Assembly (NCBI GenBank): GCA_963662585.1
Contig: OY759729.1
Coordinates: 1,056,001 to 1,120,000, forward strand
DNA: 64,000 nucleotides
Direction: 5' to 3'
From: Candidatus Cloacimonadales bacterium
Lineage (GTDB): Bacteria; Cloacimonadota; Cloacimonadia; Cloacimonadales; JAFGVF01
The notes under the pieces were generated by a model. It was not told the DNA's origin, searched no databases, and worked only from the letters and a program-made list of their open reading frames with translations. Positions 31,638 through 41,037 of the stretch are shown here, piece by piece (the first letter of the stretch is position 1; each line of letters starts with the position of its first letter). A program made the position numbers and the translations under genes.

Positions 31638-32008
31638 TCTTCCTCCTATGAAGTTAATAAATTAGCATATCATTGTATAATCCAAAAATATGGTTTATGA
31701 GTTTAGATGTCAATATTAATTTCCAATTATTTGAAAAATTATATTAATGCTTATTGTAAAGAGGTTTTATTCTAATAGTGTTAAAATAGATATGTCATTA
31801 TTGGGAATTAAGAGGCTACTCTATTGGTGGAGCTCAAATTGAATATTATTCTTAAAATGAGCCACCAGTCTCATTAAGTTGAGCCATTAGAATCATGAAA
31901 TAGAGCCATCTAATCTCATAAAATTGAGCCATCTTGTTAAATTAGTTTTTATTGTTATCATAACGTTATGTGTCAAAAGGCATAAATAACGATATGGAGG
32001 TCAGAAAA

Positions 32009-33553
32009 ATGACCAATTACAAAGAAATCTTGCGTTTATCTGCGCAAGGTATTAGTCAACGCGATATAGCTGTCAGTTTATCGCATTCTCGAAATACGAT
32101 AGCTAAAGTACTTCAAGCAGCAGAACAACATGATGTAAAATGGCCTATTCCAGAAGAACTCAGCAATTTAGAGATCAAAAAAAGGTTATTCCCAGTAGAA
32201 GACCTTAGGGAAGAAAGACGCACGCCTGATTTTGATTATATTCACAAAGAACTCAGCAAAAGTGGTGTAACATTATTGTTATTATGGTATGAGTATTGCG
32301 AGACATGTAGTCTTAATAAAACCATACCTTTTCATTATACTCATTTTTGCAGACTCTACAAACAATATGCTCATAAAACTAGAGCAACAATGAGAATACA
32401 TCATAAACCAGCTGAGAAACTTGAAGTTGATTGGTCAGGTCAACCTGCTTATCTTACGAACAATATTGATAGAACCCCTATAAAGGTATATATTTTTGTG
32501 GCAGTACTTCCTTATAGTGGTTATACATATGTTGAGGCTTTCTTAAATATGAAGATGCAAAATTGGATACAAGCTCATATAAACTGCTATGAATATATGG
32601 GTGGTGTAGCGAGGATTTTAGTTCCGGATAATCTTAAAACAGGCGTAACGCAAGTATCCCGAACTGAAAGTGTAATCAATAAGACCTACAATGACTTGGC
32701 TAATCATTATGGAACAGTAGTAATTCCAGCTAGAGTAAGACACCCTAAAGATAAAGCCAGTGCAGAAGGAGCAGTAGGAAAAATATCAACATGGATAATA
32801 GCAGCATTAAGAAATAGGCAATTCTTTACTCTTAATGAGCTTAATAAGGCAATTAAGGAAAAACTTAAAGATTTCAATACTAAACCCTTTCAGATTAAAG
32901 ATGGGAGTCGTGAAAGCATATTCTTACTTGAAGAGCAAAAACTATTACTTCCATTGCCTGCCGATGCCTATGAGATTTCTACATGGTTAACAGCTACTGT
33001 ATCTTATAACTATCATATTCAAGTAGATAAAAGATATTATTCAGTACCGTATGAATATATACATCAAAAAGTAGATGTTCGCATTACTAAGAGAATAATA
33101 GAGATATATAATCAAGGTGAGCGAATAGCACTTCACCAACGTCTTAATATGGAAGACAATCGTTATCAAACTAACTTTAATCATATGCCGGAAAACCACC
33201 AAGAATACCACAAATGGGATGCAAATCGATTTATTAAATGGGGGCAAAGTATTGGACCCAGCACAGAAAAAACAATAATTTCAATATTTTCATCATGCAG
33301 TGTTGAACAACAAGGTTACCGAACTTGTATGGCAATATTAAACATAGAAAAGAAAACAGGAAAGGGGAAACTTGAAAATGCTTGCCAGCGAGCTCTTACT
33401 TATACCCCGAATCCAAGTTTAAAGATACTAAAAACTATTATCAAGTCTGATGAAATGCGGATTGAAAATAATCAAGATAAAGATAAGAGATCTGAGTCAG
33501 AATATGCTATAAAGCGTGAATCAGGTTATTACGGAGGAAATGAAAATGAATAA
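32009..33553 (+). CDS. istA: IS21 transposase
   Basis: N-terminal HTH; rve/DDE core (EVDWSG, VPDNLKTGV, PKDKASAEG); 'YSVPYEY' C-terminal beta domain; GGAGG RBS before ATG 32009. Confidence 0.95.
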   Translation: MTNYKEILRLSAQGISQRDIAVSLSHSRNTIAKVLQAAEQHDVKWPIPEELSNLEIKKRLFPVEDLREERRTPDFDYIHKELSKSGVTLLLLWYEYCETCSLNKTIPFHYTHFCRLYKQYAHKTRATMRIHHKPAEKLEVDWSGQPAYLTNNIDRTPIKVYIFVAVLPYSGYTYVEAFLNMKMQNWIQAHINCYEYMGGVARILVPDNLKTGVTQVSRTESVINKTYNDLANHYGTVVIPARVRHPKDKASAEGAVGKISTWIIAALRNRQFFTLNELNKAIKEKLKDFNTKPFQIKDGSRESIFLLEEQKLLLPLPADAYEISTWLTATVSYNYHIQVDKRYYSVPYEYIHQKVDVRITKRIIEIYNQGERIALHQRLNMEDNRYQTNFNHMPENHQEYHKWDANRFIKWGQSIGPSTEKTIISIFSSCSVEQQGYRTCMAILNIEKKTGKGKLENACQRALTYTPNPSLKILKTIIKSDEMRIENNQDKDKRSESEYAIKRESGYYGGNENE

Positions 33554-34298
33554 TAATACAATCACAAAACTTAGAGAAATGAGTTTAAATGGAATGGCAG
33601 ATGCTATTAGAGAACAGATAAACAACAGCAATTATGAAAAGTATAGTTTTAAAGAACGTTTAGGAATGATCGTTGATAGCGAATGGGATAAACGAAGAAC
33701 TAATAAGATGATAAGATTACTCCATGATGCAAATTTCAAATTCATTAATGCAAATATAGCAGATGTAGATTATCATGAAGACCGAAATTTAGACAGAAGT
33801 CAGTTAATAGATTTATCGTCATGTTCTTATATACAGAGAAATGAGAATATAATCATAATGGGTGCTTCAGGAAGTGGTAAAACATGGTTATCATGTGCAT
33901 TAGGGAATCATGCTTGTAGAAAATACTATAGTGTGCGCTATATTAGACTTCCAGAACTATTAGATGATTTTGCAGTTGCCCGTAGCGAAAACAGTCATCA
34001 ACGGATCATAAAGAAATATGCAACAGTAAATCTATTAATTATTGATGAATGGTTACTTACCAATATTAGTGAAGATGAATCAAAGTATCTTTTTGAGCTT
34101 GTAGAGAAAAGATATATGAAGGGATCTACGATTATGTGTTCTCAGTTTAGAATAGGAGGATGGCATGACAAGATCGGTCAAACAACTCTTGCAGATGCCA
34201 TCCTAGATAGACTAGTGCACAATGCACACAGAATAATCATTGAAGGAAAAATGTCAATGAGAGAAAGACAAGGTCTAAAGCAAAATATCTCCAAATAA
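33546..34298 (+). CDS. istB: IS21 helper ATPase
   Basis: GASGSGKT, LLIIDEW, ADAILDRLVHNAH..GKMSMR; overlaps the istA stop. Confidence 0.95.
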   Translation: MNNNTITKLREMSLNGMADAIREQINNSNYEKYSFKERLGMIVDSEWDKRRTNKMIRLLHDANFKFINANIADVDYHEDRNLDRSQLIDLSSCSYIQRNENIIIMGASGSGKTWLSCALGNHACRKYYSVRYIRLPELLDDFAVARSENSHQRIIKKYATVNLLIIDEWLLTNISEDESKYLFELVEKRYMKGSTIMCSQFRIGGWHDKIGQTTLADAILDRLVHNAHRIIIEGKMSMRERQGLKQNISK

Positions 34299-34797
34299 TA
34301 TATAATCCCCCAATAAATCGGGCTGCTGCTCAGTTCGGACTATGTCCTCTCTTCGCAGCAGCCCGATTAAAATACACTTTCGTCAACTTCTTATTGATAT
34401 AGAATTTAATCTATTGGTATCTGAATAATTGCATGGCTCTGTTTGTGATAATAGGTGGATCAATTGTATAATATTAGTGGCTCAACATAATGAGACTGGT
34501 TGGCTCTCTGGAGGATATTATGCATCAAATCTCAGAAAAACACTCTGGTTTTATTATCAATACTGGAAATGCTACTGCTCAGAATGTTTAAGACTTGATT
34601 AAGCATATTCAACAAACGGTAATAAGCAAATTCGTGGTAACCCTTCATACTGAAGTGAGAATTATTGAGAATTTTACACTAATTTCCCCATTTAAAACGA
34701 ATTACTTTGGGTTGAATCGTGGATTTGTATAATTGTTTAATCGTATGTTAGAAGCCCTCTTAATCGGTGTCAATCTATGTAATCTGTGGACAAAAAG

Positions 34798-34869
34798 AGG
34801 GCGTATGCAATACGCCCCTACAAAATTCGAGAAAAAGGAAATGCCTTCAAGGATGAAGGCGCTCCCAGT
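34798..34869 (-). repeat. Two REP-like palindromes (GTAG type and ACTGGGA type)
   Basis: Reverse complements read GTAGGGGCGTATTGCATACGCCCT (34798-34821) and ACTGGGAGCGCCTTCATCCTTGAAGGC (34843-34869). Confidence 0.7.
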
Positions 34870-34883
34870 GTAAATTATTAATT

Positions 34884-35339
34884 CTACTCATATTTCTTCA
34901 ATCTTGCTGTAATCTTGTTAACATGTCCTACTTCTTGAAGTCTTAAATCTTCAAACACTTTTATGGCATAATCATCAAGAGCAGTAAAAGTCTTAAACAT
35001 TTCATAAGCTTTTGCTGTATTCTTTTCGCGACTAAGAGCTATATTAAGAACATCTACTGCCGAGAAAGAGCTCTCTATTTTATCAGTATTGACCAACATT
35101 TCAAGTAGGGTTTTATCAACATTGATAGTTTTCTCTAACTCAGCTTGACTTAGTCTCCCCTCTTCGAGTAATCCTCTTAATCTATTGTAGTGTCCTGTTT
35201 CTTCAGTTGCTAATTGACTAAGGACTTCTTTTACTTCTGGTTCATTTACTATTTCAGTTGCTTTTTTATAGAAGGAAAAGCTTTCTAATTCTATCTTTTC
35301 AGCATATTCAATTATTTCTTTAAGATTTAATTCTCTCAT
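34884..35339 (-). CDS. Ferritin-like / rubrerythrin-family protein
   Basis: Di-iron pattern E..(FY)...EETGH and E...Y...QEVGH; GGAGG RBS. Confidence 0.85.
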   Translation of the reverse strand: MRELNLKEIIEYAEKIELESFSFYKKATEIVNEPEVKEVLSQLATEETGHYNRLRGLLEEGRLSQAELEKTINVDKTLLEMLVNTDKIESSFSAVDVLNIALSREKNTAKAYEMFKTFTALDDYAIKVFEDLRLQEVGHVNKITARLKKYE

Positions 35340-35384
35340 GTTTCCTCCAGAATTATTTTATGTTTTTTATTATATATTAAGTAA

Positions 35385-35892
35385 CACCCCCTGTGTCCCC
35401 CTCATGGAGAGGGATTTAAGAGATATAGTATCACCCCCTATGTCCCCCTCATGGATGGGGATTTAAGAGATATTGTTTCACCCCCTATGTCCCCCTCATG
35501 GAAGGGGATTTAAGAGATATTGTATCACCCCCTGTGTCCCCCTCACGGAAGGGGATTTAAGAGATATTGTTTCACCCCCTATGTCCCCCTCATGGATGGG
35601 GATTTAAGAGATATTGTTTCTCACCCTATGTCCCCCTCATGGATGGGGATTTAAGAGATATTGTTTCACCCCCTGTGTCCCCCTCATGGAGAGGGATTTA
35701 AGAGATATTGTATCACCCCCTGTGTCCCCCTCATGGAAGGGGATTTAAGAGATGTTGTTACACCCCCTGTGTCCCCCTCATGGATGGGGATTTAAGAGAT
35801 ATTGTATCACCCCCTGTGTCCCCCTCACGGAGGGGGATTTAGGAGATATTGTTTCACCCCCTGTGTCCCCCTCATGGAGGGGGATTTAAGAG
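35385..35892. repeat. 47-bp tandem repeat x11 with an internal hairpin
   Basis: Consensus CACCCCCT(G/A)TGTCCCCCTCA(T/C)GGA(G/T/A)GGGGATTTAAGAGATATTGT(A/T)T; units start at 35385, 35432, 35479, 35526, 35573, 35620, 35667, 35714, 35761, 35808, 35855. Confidence 0.95.
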
Positions 35893-35905
35893 GATAAATT
35901 ATTCA

Positions 35906-37708
35906 CTATTTTTTCTTATTTAAATATCTGTCGATCGCTTTAGCAGCAACATGTCCGTTAGCAACACCATTAATAACATCAGGTCCTTTAATGATATCAC
36001 CACCGACGAAAAGCCATTCTAAAGAAGACTGGAAGCCTTCATTAACATCTATTCTGCCACGAGGACTAAATTTAATCTTACTTTTTAATTCATCTGAGAT
36101 ATATGATAAATCCATACCTTGACCGATTGATTCTACAACCATATCAGCCTTGAAGAACTTCTTCTCATTTGCATCAAATTTAGGATTAAACATACCAGCT
36201 TGATCAAAAACAGATAGACATTTAATAACATGCAAACCTGCAATTTTTCCATCTTTTATTTCAATTTCTTGAGGTCCCCAACCTGGTTCAATAATAGCTT
36301 TTTCTTCTCGAGATTCAACTATCTCTTCCCTATCGGCAGGCATTATATCTTCAGTTTCTAAACTGGTAGTTGTTATATCAACCTTACCATATTTTTGATT
36401 CTGTAATCTGGCTAAAGTTCTAGTAATATCCATTGCCACATTACCACCTCCAATAACTACTATCTTCTTACCAACAGGAATATCTTCACCAAGAGTGAAT
36501 TTCCTTAATAGATCAGTAGCGAAATATACTTCAGGATTGTCAGAACCTGGTATCCGAGTACTTCTACCTAAATGAAGTCCAGTAGCAGTATAAACAGCAG
36601 AATATTCTTCATGAAGTTTATCTAAAGTAATATCTTGCCCAACTCTGGTATTAAACTGAATTTCAACACCAAGAGACTTAATATAATCAATATCTTTGTT
36701 AATTGAATCATAAGGTAATCTATACTCAGGAATACCGTAGCGAGTCATACCACCACTATCAGGTAAAGCTTCAAATATCTTAATTTTATAACCCAAAATC
36801 GCCAAGTAATAGGCTGCAGATAAGCCGGCAGGACCAGCACCAATTATAGCTATTTTATGATTTAATTTAGGATCAGCAAGATGTTCAGTACCTAAGACTT
36901 CTTTATATCTCTCAGCAGGAATTTGGTCTGCGATATAGCGTTTTAACCAACGAATAGCAATTGATTCCCCATTGTTGTGTAGAGCACAAGCTGTTTCACA
37001 TTTATGAGTACAGATTCTACCACAAATTTCAGGAAGAGGATTTGTTTCATAGAGGATTCTAAAAGCTTCTTCGATATTATCTTCTCTGATAGCTGCTATG
37101 TAAGCAGGAATATCCATGTGTGCAGGGCAAGTAGCAGTACATAATCCACATTCTAAACATCTATCTGCTTCTAACATAGCCTGTTCTTTATTGTAGCCTT
37201 TTACAATTTCAATGAAAGATTTATCTCTCTCTTCAGGAGCTAACTCTTCCATTTCTACTCTATCAAATTCTATCAAACCGATTTCTTCTGAACGCTTATA
37301 TCCCTTCTCATCATCTTGCCATTTGGTCTTATCTGCTCCAGGAGTAAATCTAAACACTTCAGGATCATCATCTATCCAAATGTATTCATTAGACATTGTT
37401 AAGGCACTAGTTGGACAGATATCTACACACAAGGCACACCAACAACAACGACCATAATCTATGCGTGGACGCAATCCACTGTTGCCATCTTTGACTTCTT
37501 GACCTTCGACTGGAACTAAATCTATAGCTGCATTTTGGCAGATTTCTTCACAAGAACCACAACCAATGCACTTTGAGAAATCATTTTGGTGAAAACCACG
37601 ATAGTTATCAGCACCCGGTCTTTCAGTGAGAGGATCTTTAACTGTCCAAGGTTTCTCTGCTACTCTTTTCCATATTGTTAAGGGTTGAATCATATCTTTT
37701 AATTTCAT
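35906..37708 (-). CDS. NuoI/MbxN-like 2x[4Fe-4S] domain fused to a GltD/NfnL-like FAD/NAD(P) oxidoreductase
   Basis: YRGFH..CIGCGSCEEIC and CCWCALCVDICP; then CLECGLCTATCP, GRICTHKCE, IIGAGPAG, GGMTRYGIPEYRLP, VIGGGNVAMD, GGD. ATG 37708 with GAGG RBS (track start 37735). Confidence 0.9.
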   Translation of the reverse strand: MKLKDMIQPLTIWKRVAEKPWTVKDPLTERPGADNYRGFHQNDFSKCIGCGSCEEICQNAAIDLVPVEGQEVKDGNSGLRPRIDYGRCCWCALCVDICPTSALTMSNEYIWIDDDPEVFRFTPGADKTKWQDDEKGYKRSEEIGLIEFDRVEMEELAPEERDKSFIEIVKGYNKEQAMLEADRCLECGLCTATCPAHMDIPAYIAAIREDNIEEAFRILYETNPLPEICGRICTHKCETACALHNNGESIAIRWLKRYIADQIPAERYKEVLGTEHLADPKLNHKIAIIGAGPAGLSAAYYLAILGYKIKIFEALPDSGGMTRYGIPEYRLPYDSINKDIDYIKSLGVEIQFNTRVGQDITLDKLHEEYSAVYTATGLHLGRSTRIPGSDNPEVYFATDLLRKFTLGEDIPVGKKIVVIGGGNVAMDITRTLARLQNQKYGKVDITTTSLETEDIMPADREEIVESREEKAIIEPGWGPQEIEIKDGKIAGLHVIKCLSVFDQAGMFNPKFDANEKKFFKADMVVESIGQGMDLSYISDELKSKIKFSPRGRIDVNEGFQSSLEWLFVGGDIIKGPDVINGVANGHVAAKAIDRYLNKKK

Positions 37709-37710
37709 AG

Positions 37711-38913
37711 TTACCTCTCTATTTCCGGTGGACATGTGTGAAGTGAAACCATCAAAGCTGCTAAATCAGAAATTGTAATATTAACAGCTAATTTCTCTAA
37801 AACAGATATGGCATGAGTATAACTTGCTCCACGAGCAAAGACTCGTCTAGGATATTTAGTTCCATCTGAGACCATATAATATCCATGCTCACCCCTAGTT
37901 GATTCTGCTTTAATATATGTTTGACCTGCTGGTATTTTCCAATGTAAAACATTAGGAAGTTTAGCTTGGATTTCTCCAGTTTCAGGTATCTTCTTTAATA
38001 TCTGCTCAACTAAAGACAAACTTTGCAATAACTCTTGAAAACGAAGTTCAGCTCTATCATAAGCATCACCAATATTAGAAGTTAGCATTTTGAAGCTTAA
38101 TTCAGGATATTTAAGATAAGGACTGTTAATTCTAATATCATCAGCTACTCCACTAGCTCTAGCTGTTGGTCCTACTATACCATACTCACTCACCATCTCT
38201 GGAGGAATAATACCTAAACCTTTCAGACGAGACTTAACAATAGTGTTATTGAAAAATACTCTTTCAATATCATCTAATAATTTATAGGTTCTATCAACTG
38301 TCTTACTCACTCTATCTTTGAATCCAACTGGTAAATCCTTACGAACTCCTCCAGGTATCATGTACATATGATAGACTCTTCCCCCAGTCATCTCTTCAAA
38401 TAGATCTAACCAGTAATCCCTCATCGCTACAGTCCACTGACCAATAGCACCCATTCCGAGAGAACCAGCTTGTCCACCTAGCCACATTAAAAAACTTGCA
38501 ACTCTTGACATTTCTAAGTTAAGAGTCCTTAGCCATTCTGCCTTTTCTGGAATTACTATACCAGCTAAATCTTCCATAGCAGCAGAGACACAATATTCGT
38601 TTGTATCTGGTTCTGGCACACAAATACGACATACAATAGGGAAGCATTGTATATATCTTCTTCTCTCCATGAGCTTTTCAAAACCTCTGTGAAGATAACC
38701 AACATGAGTTTTTGCATCTACAATCTCATCACCATTTACGATAATTTCTACAGACATATTACCTGTTACACCAGGGTGCTGAGGTCCTTGCCAAATCTTG
38801 GTAAATTTATGAGAAGTTAGGTCTATTACGGGATTCCCATTTTCCATTTCTGGGTACTTAGACCTATCAGCTACAAAATCTTTATATTTGCTTTCAGATA
38901 ATTTATTCATCAT
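37711..38913 (-). CDS. nuoD: NuoD/MbxL(MbsL)-like catalytic subunit without a complete NiFe ligand set
   Basis: GPQHPG, GYLHRGFEKL, RICVPEPD, ESTRGE, C-terminal TCPPEIER. Confidence 0.88.
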   Translation of the reverse strand: MMNKLSESKYKDFVADRSKYPEMENGNPVIDLTSHKFTKIWQGPQHPGVTGNMSVEIIVNGDEIVDAKTHVGYLHRGFEKLMERRRYIQCFPIVCRICVPEPDTNEYCVSAAMEDLAGIVIPEKAEWLRTLNLEMSRVASFLMWLGGQAGSLGMGAIGQWTVAMRDYWLDLFEEMTGGRVYHMYMIPGGVRKDLPVGFKDRVSKTVDRTYKLLDDIERVFFNNTIVKSRLKGLGIIPPEMVSEYGIVGPTARASGVADDIRINSPYLKYPELSFKMLTSNIGDAYDRAELRFQELLQSLSLVEQILKKIPETGEIQAKLPNVLHWKIPAGQTYIKAESTRGEHGYYMVSDGTKYPRRVFARGASYTHAISVLEKLAVNITISDLAALMVSLHTCPPEIER

Positions 38914-39463
38914 CCCTCCTTATTTTTGGAGATTCTGGATAATTAGGATATTTAGCGTCCTTCATCTTTTCCTTAGGGTCAGAAGTTTCTCTACCAGGAC
39001 GCTGATAATAAGTTTTTTGGGAGTAAGCTAAGGTATCAAAATCCCTTTTCATTGGAGGCATTTCATCCCAACTCTCTAAAATGAAAGCTTCGTTAACTCT
39101 CGGAGAATCAGGAAAGTCAATACCAAACATCTCATGAAGTTCTCTCTGATACTGCCACGCATGTGCCCATAACTGATGTATGGAGAACATCGTGTGCTCT
39201 TCCCTATCAATAAAGACATTAATACCTAAATTGACCTTTAACTCATAATTATATATCATATAAGTCAGCATGAATTTATTATCTTCCAGGTAATCTACTG
39301 CTTGTAGAAAAGCGAGATGTTTAAACTCAAGAGTATGTTTTAAGTAGCCAAGAGCCATTACTAATTGCTCTTTATCTAAGGTAATAAAGAATAAATCAGG
39401 GTGCTTTTCTACAACTTTTAGGACATTAACCATATTTTTTAATTTATTTATAATTTCTTTCAT
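38903..39463 (-). CDS. nuoC: NuoC/MbxK-like subunit
   Basis: 'AWQYQRELHEMFGIDFPDSP...WDEMPPMKRDF'. Confidence 0.85.
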   Translation of the reverse strand: MKEIINKLKNMVNVLKVVEKHPDLFFITLDKEQLVMALGYLKHTLEFKHLAFLQAVDYLEDNKFMLTYMIYNYELKVNLGINVFIDREEHTMFSIHQLWAHAWQYQRELHEMFGIDFPDSPRVNEAFILESWDEMPPMKRDFDTLAYSQKTYYQRPGRETSDPKEKMKDAKYPNYPESPKIRRDDE

Positions 39464-39471
39464 TTCATCTC

Positions 39472-40113
39472 CTACCAGTTATAGTCCGGCATATTCCAAT
39501 CTTTAATAATCCTCTTCTGATTGGCTTTATACCAGTCAAAGTTATCAGCATATTTATTCATACCATCACATTCACCAGCCTGAATCTTCTCTTTGAGTCT
39601 GTTAAAACCTGCAATTAAGGCTTCAGGACGAGGCATACAACCAGTAACATAGGTATCGACTGGAATATAGTGGTCAATTCTATTGATAGTATTATAGCTA
39701 TCATAATACATTCCACCGTTTATAGTACAAGATCCCAGAGCAATAACATATTTAGGTCCTTGCATCTGTTCATAAGAGCGAACGATTCTCTTAATAGTTT
39801 TTAGAGAAGCGTAGCCACCTATGATAAAGACATTTGCTTGTCGTGGAGTTGGTCTGCCAGCAATACCATATCTGAAAGCATCAAAGCGAGCAGTCATCAA
39901 GGGCCTGAGTTCGATAGCTCCACAACCAGTACCAAAAGCTAAAATCCAGAGGGATCTAGCTCTTGCCCAATTTAGAAACTGTTCTAAGTACTTATTTAGA
40001 GGTTCTATCCTTGAGGGTCTATCATCAGCGAAGAGGTCTCTCTCAATTTCTGGTAAACCTTCATTAGCCAATTTCATCTGTTTTTCTATTTCTTTAAGAT
40101 CTTTATTGTTCAT
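39472..40113 (-). CDS. nuoB: NuoB/MbxJ-like Fe-S subunit
   Basis: GTGCGAIE, TPRQA, GSCTINGG, PVDTYVTGCMPRPEAL. Confidence 0.9.
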   Translation of the reverse strand: MNNKDLKEIEKQMKLANEGLPEIERDLFADDRPSRIEPLNKYLEQFLNWARARSLWILAFGTGCGAIELRPLMTARFDAFRYGIAGRPTPRQANVFIIGGYASLKTIKRIVRSYEQMQGPKYVIALGSCTINGGMYYDSYNTINRIDHYIPVDTYVTGCMPRPEALIAGFNRLKEKIQAGECDGMNKYADNFDWYKANQKRIIKDWNMPDYNW

Positions 40114-40122
40114 TTTGACTCC

Positions 40123-41034
40123 TTAAAAATAGGCAATAATTATTACTGAAAGAATACCGATTAAAGTTGGCACTCTTAGGAAAAAGCGGAAAGACTGTTC
40201 TGGTCTGAATCTAGGGAATGCTGCTCCAATGAATACGGAGAAGAGGTAGATACAGAAAGTCTTTAGCATCATAATCGGTAAATTAGTAGCTCCTCCGAAA
40301 AAGAGGTTCATAAAAAGCACTAATTTAGCAGAGGCGAAAAGAGCTCTATTAGTCTGAAGAATTCCTAAAAAACTGCCATTCATTTCTATTGGAGGTCCGA
40401 TAGGTATTTCTTGAGGAGCTAGCACTAAAGAAAATGGAGAGTGCATATTCATTCCTAAAAGAGATATCATAGCAGCAATCACAGCTAAAGGATTAGTGAA
40501 TAGAGTCCAATTTAACATGCCACCTTGTTGAGCAGCAACAATGCTAGTTATATTCAAAGTATTGTATTGAATAGCGATGGAAATCACTGCTAAGGAGAAA
40601 GGAAGTTCAAATGTGGACATCTGAGATAATCCACGAGCAATACCCAGAGGAGAATATGGATGACCACCTTCCCCTGCTCCGAGCGCCATTCCTAACTGAC
40701 CAAAGAAGATAAAATACATAACTAACAATAAATCTCCAGCCATGGAGTAGTTACTAAATACTACAGAACCATAAATCACAGGGATAAAAAGATAAGTACC
40801 CATTCCACCTGCTAAGCGGAAAACTGGTCCTAAGAAGAACATTATACCATGAGAAGTAGCAACTTTTCTACCATGAGTTTGAATGATATCTAATATCGGT
40901 TGCCATACAGGAGGTCCTATTCTTCTATGAACACGGGCATATATCTTATGCACTGTACCAACTAAAAGAAGTCCGTAAAGAGTTGCTACTAAAATAGAAA
41001 TAGCAGCATATACCATTTTAATAAAAATATCCAT
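40123..41034 (-). CDS. nuoH: NuoH/MbxM-like membrane subunit
   Basis: KIYARVHRRIGPPVWQPILD, PYSPLGIAR, PRFRPEQ; multiple TM helices. Confidence 0.88.
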   Translation of the reverse strand: MDIFIKMVYAAISILVATLYGLLLVGTVHKIYARVHRRIGPPVWQPILDIIQTHGRKVATSHGIMFFLGPVFRLAGGMGTYLFIPVIYGSVVFSNYSMAGDLLLVMYFIFFGQLGMALGAGEGGHPYSPLGIARGLSQMSTFELPFSLAVISIAIQYNTLNITSIVAAQQGGMLNWTLFTNPLAVIAAMISLLGMNMHSPFSLVLAPQEIPIGPPIEMNGSFLGILQTNRALFASAKLVLFMNLFFGGATNLPIMMLKTFCIYLFSVFIGAAFPRFRPEQSFRFFLRVPTLIGILSVIIIAYF

Positions 41035-41037
41035 AAT

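Larger units (their letters stand above)
31840..34524 (+). mobile_element. Complete IS21-family insertion sequence
   Basis: TG...CA ends; imperfect TIRs (left TGAATATTATTCTTAAAATGAGCCACCAGTCTCATTAAGTTGAGCCA; right rc TGCATAATATCCTCCAGAGAGCCAACCAGTCTCATTATGTTGAGCCA); subterminal GAGCCA repeats at 22-23 bp spacing; TSD TCAAAT at 31834-31839 and 34525-34530; hairpin 34316-34368. Confidence 0.95.
31808..34672 (+). pseudogene. murB: Second, diverged copy of the murB 3' end (about 58 codons), split by IS21
   Basis: 31808-31839 joined to 34531-34672 reads [57 protein letters not shown], versus murB [58 protein letters not shown]. Confidence 0.9.

Noticed and set aside
28808..34672. Diversity-generating retroelement TR/VR pair from the duplicated murB tail
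   Set aside because: Differences are not adenine-specific and no reverse transcriptase is present.
35385..35892. CRISPR array
   Set aside because: Units are contiguous near-identical 47-mers with no unique spacers, and there are no cas genes in the window.
37711..38913. Group-4 [NiFe] hydrogenase large subunit
   Set aside because: Lacks the RxCxxC and DPCxxC pairs (has RICVPE and TCPPE); no maturation genes nearby.
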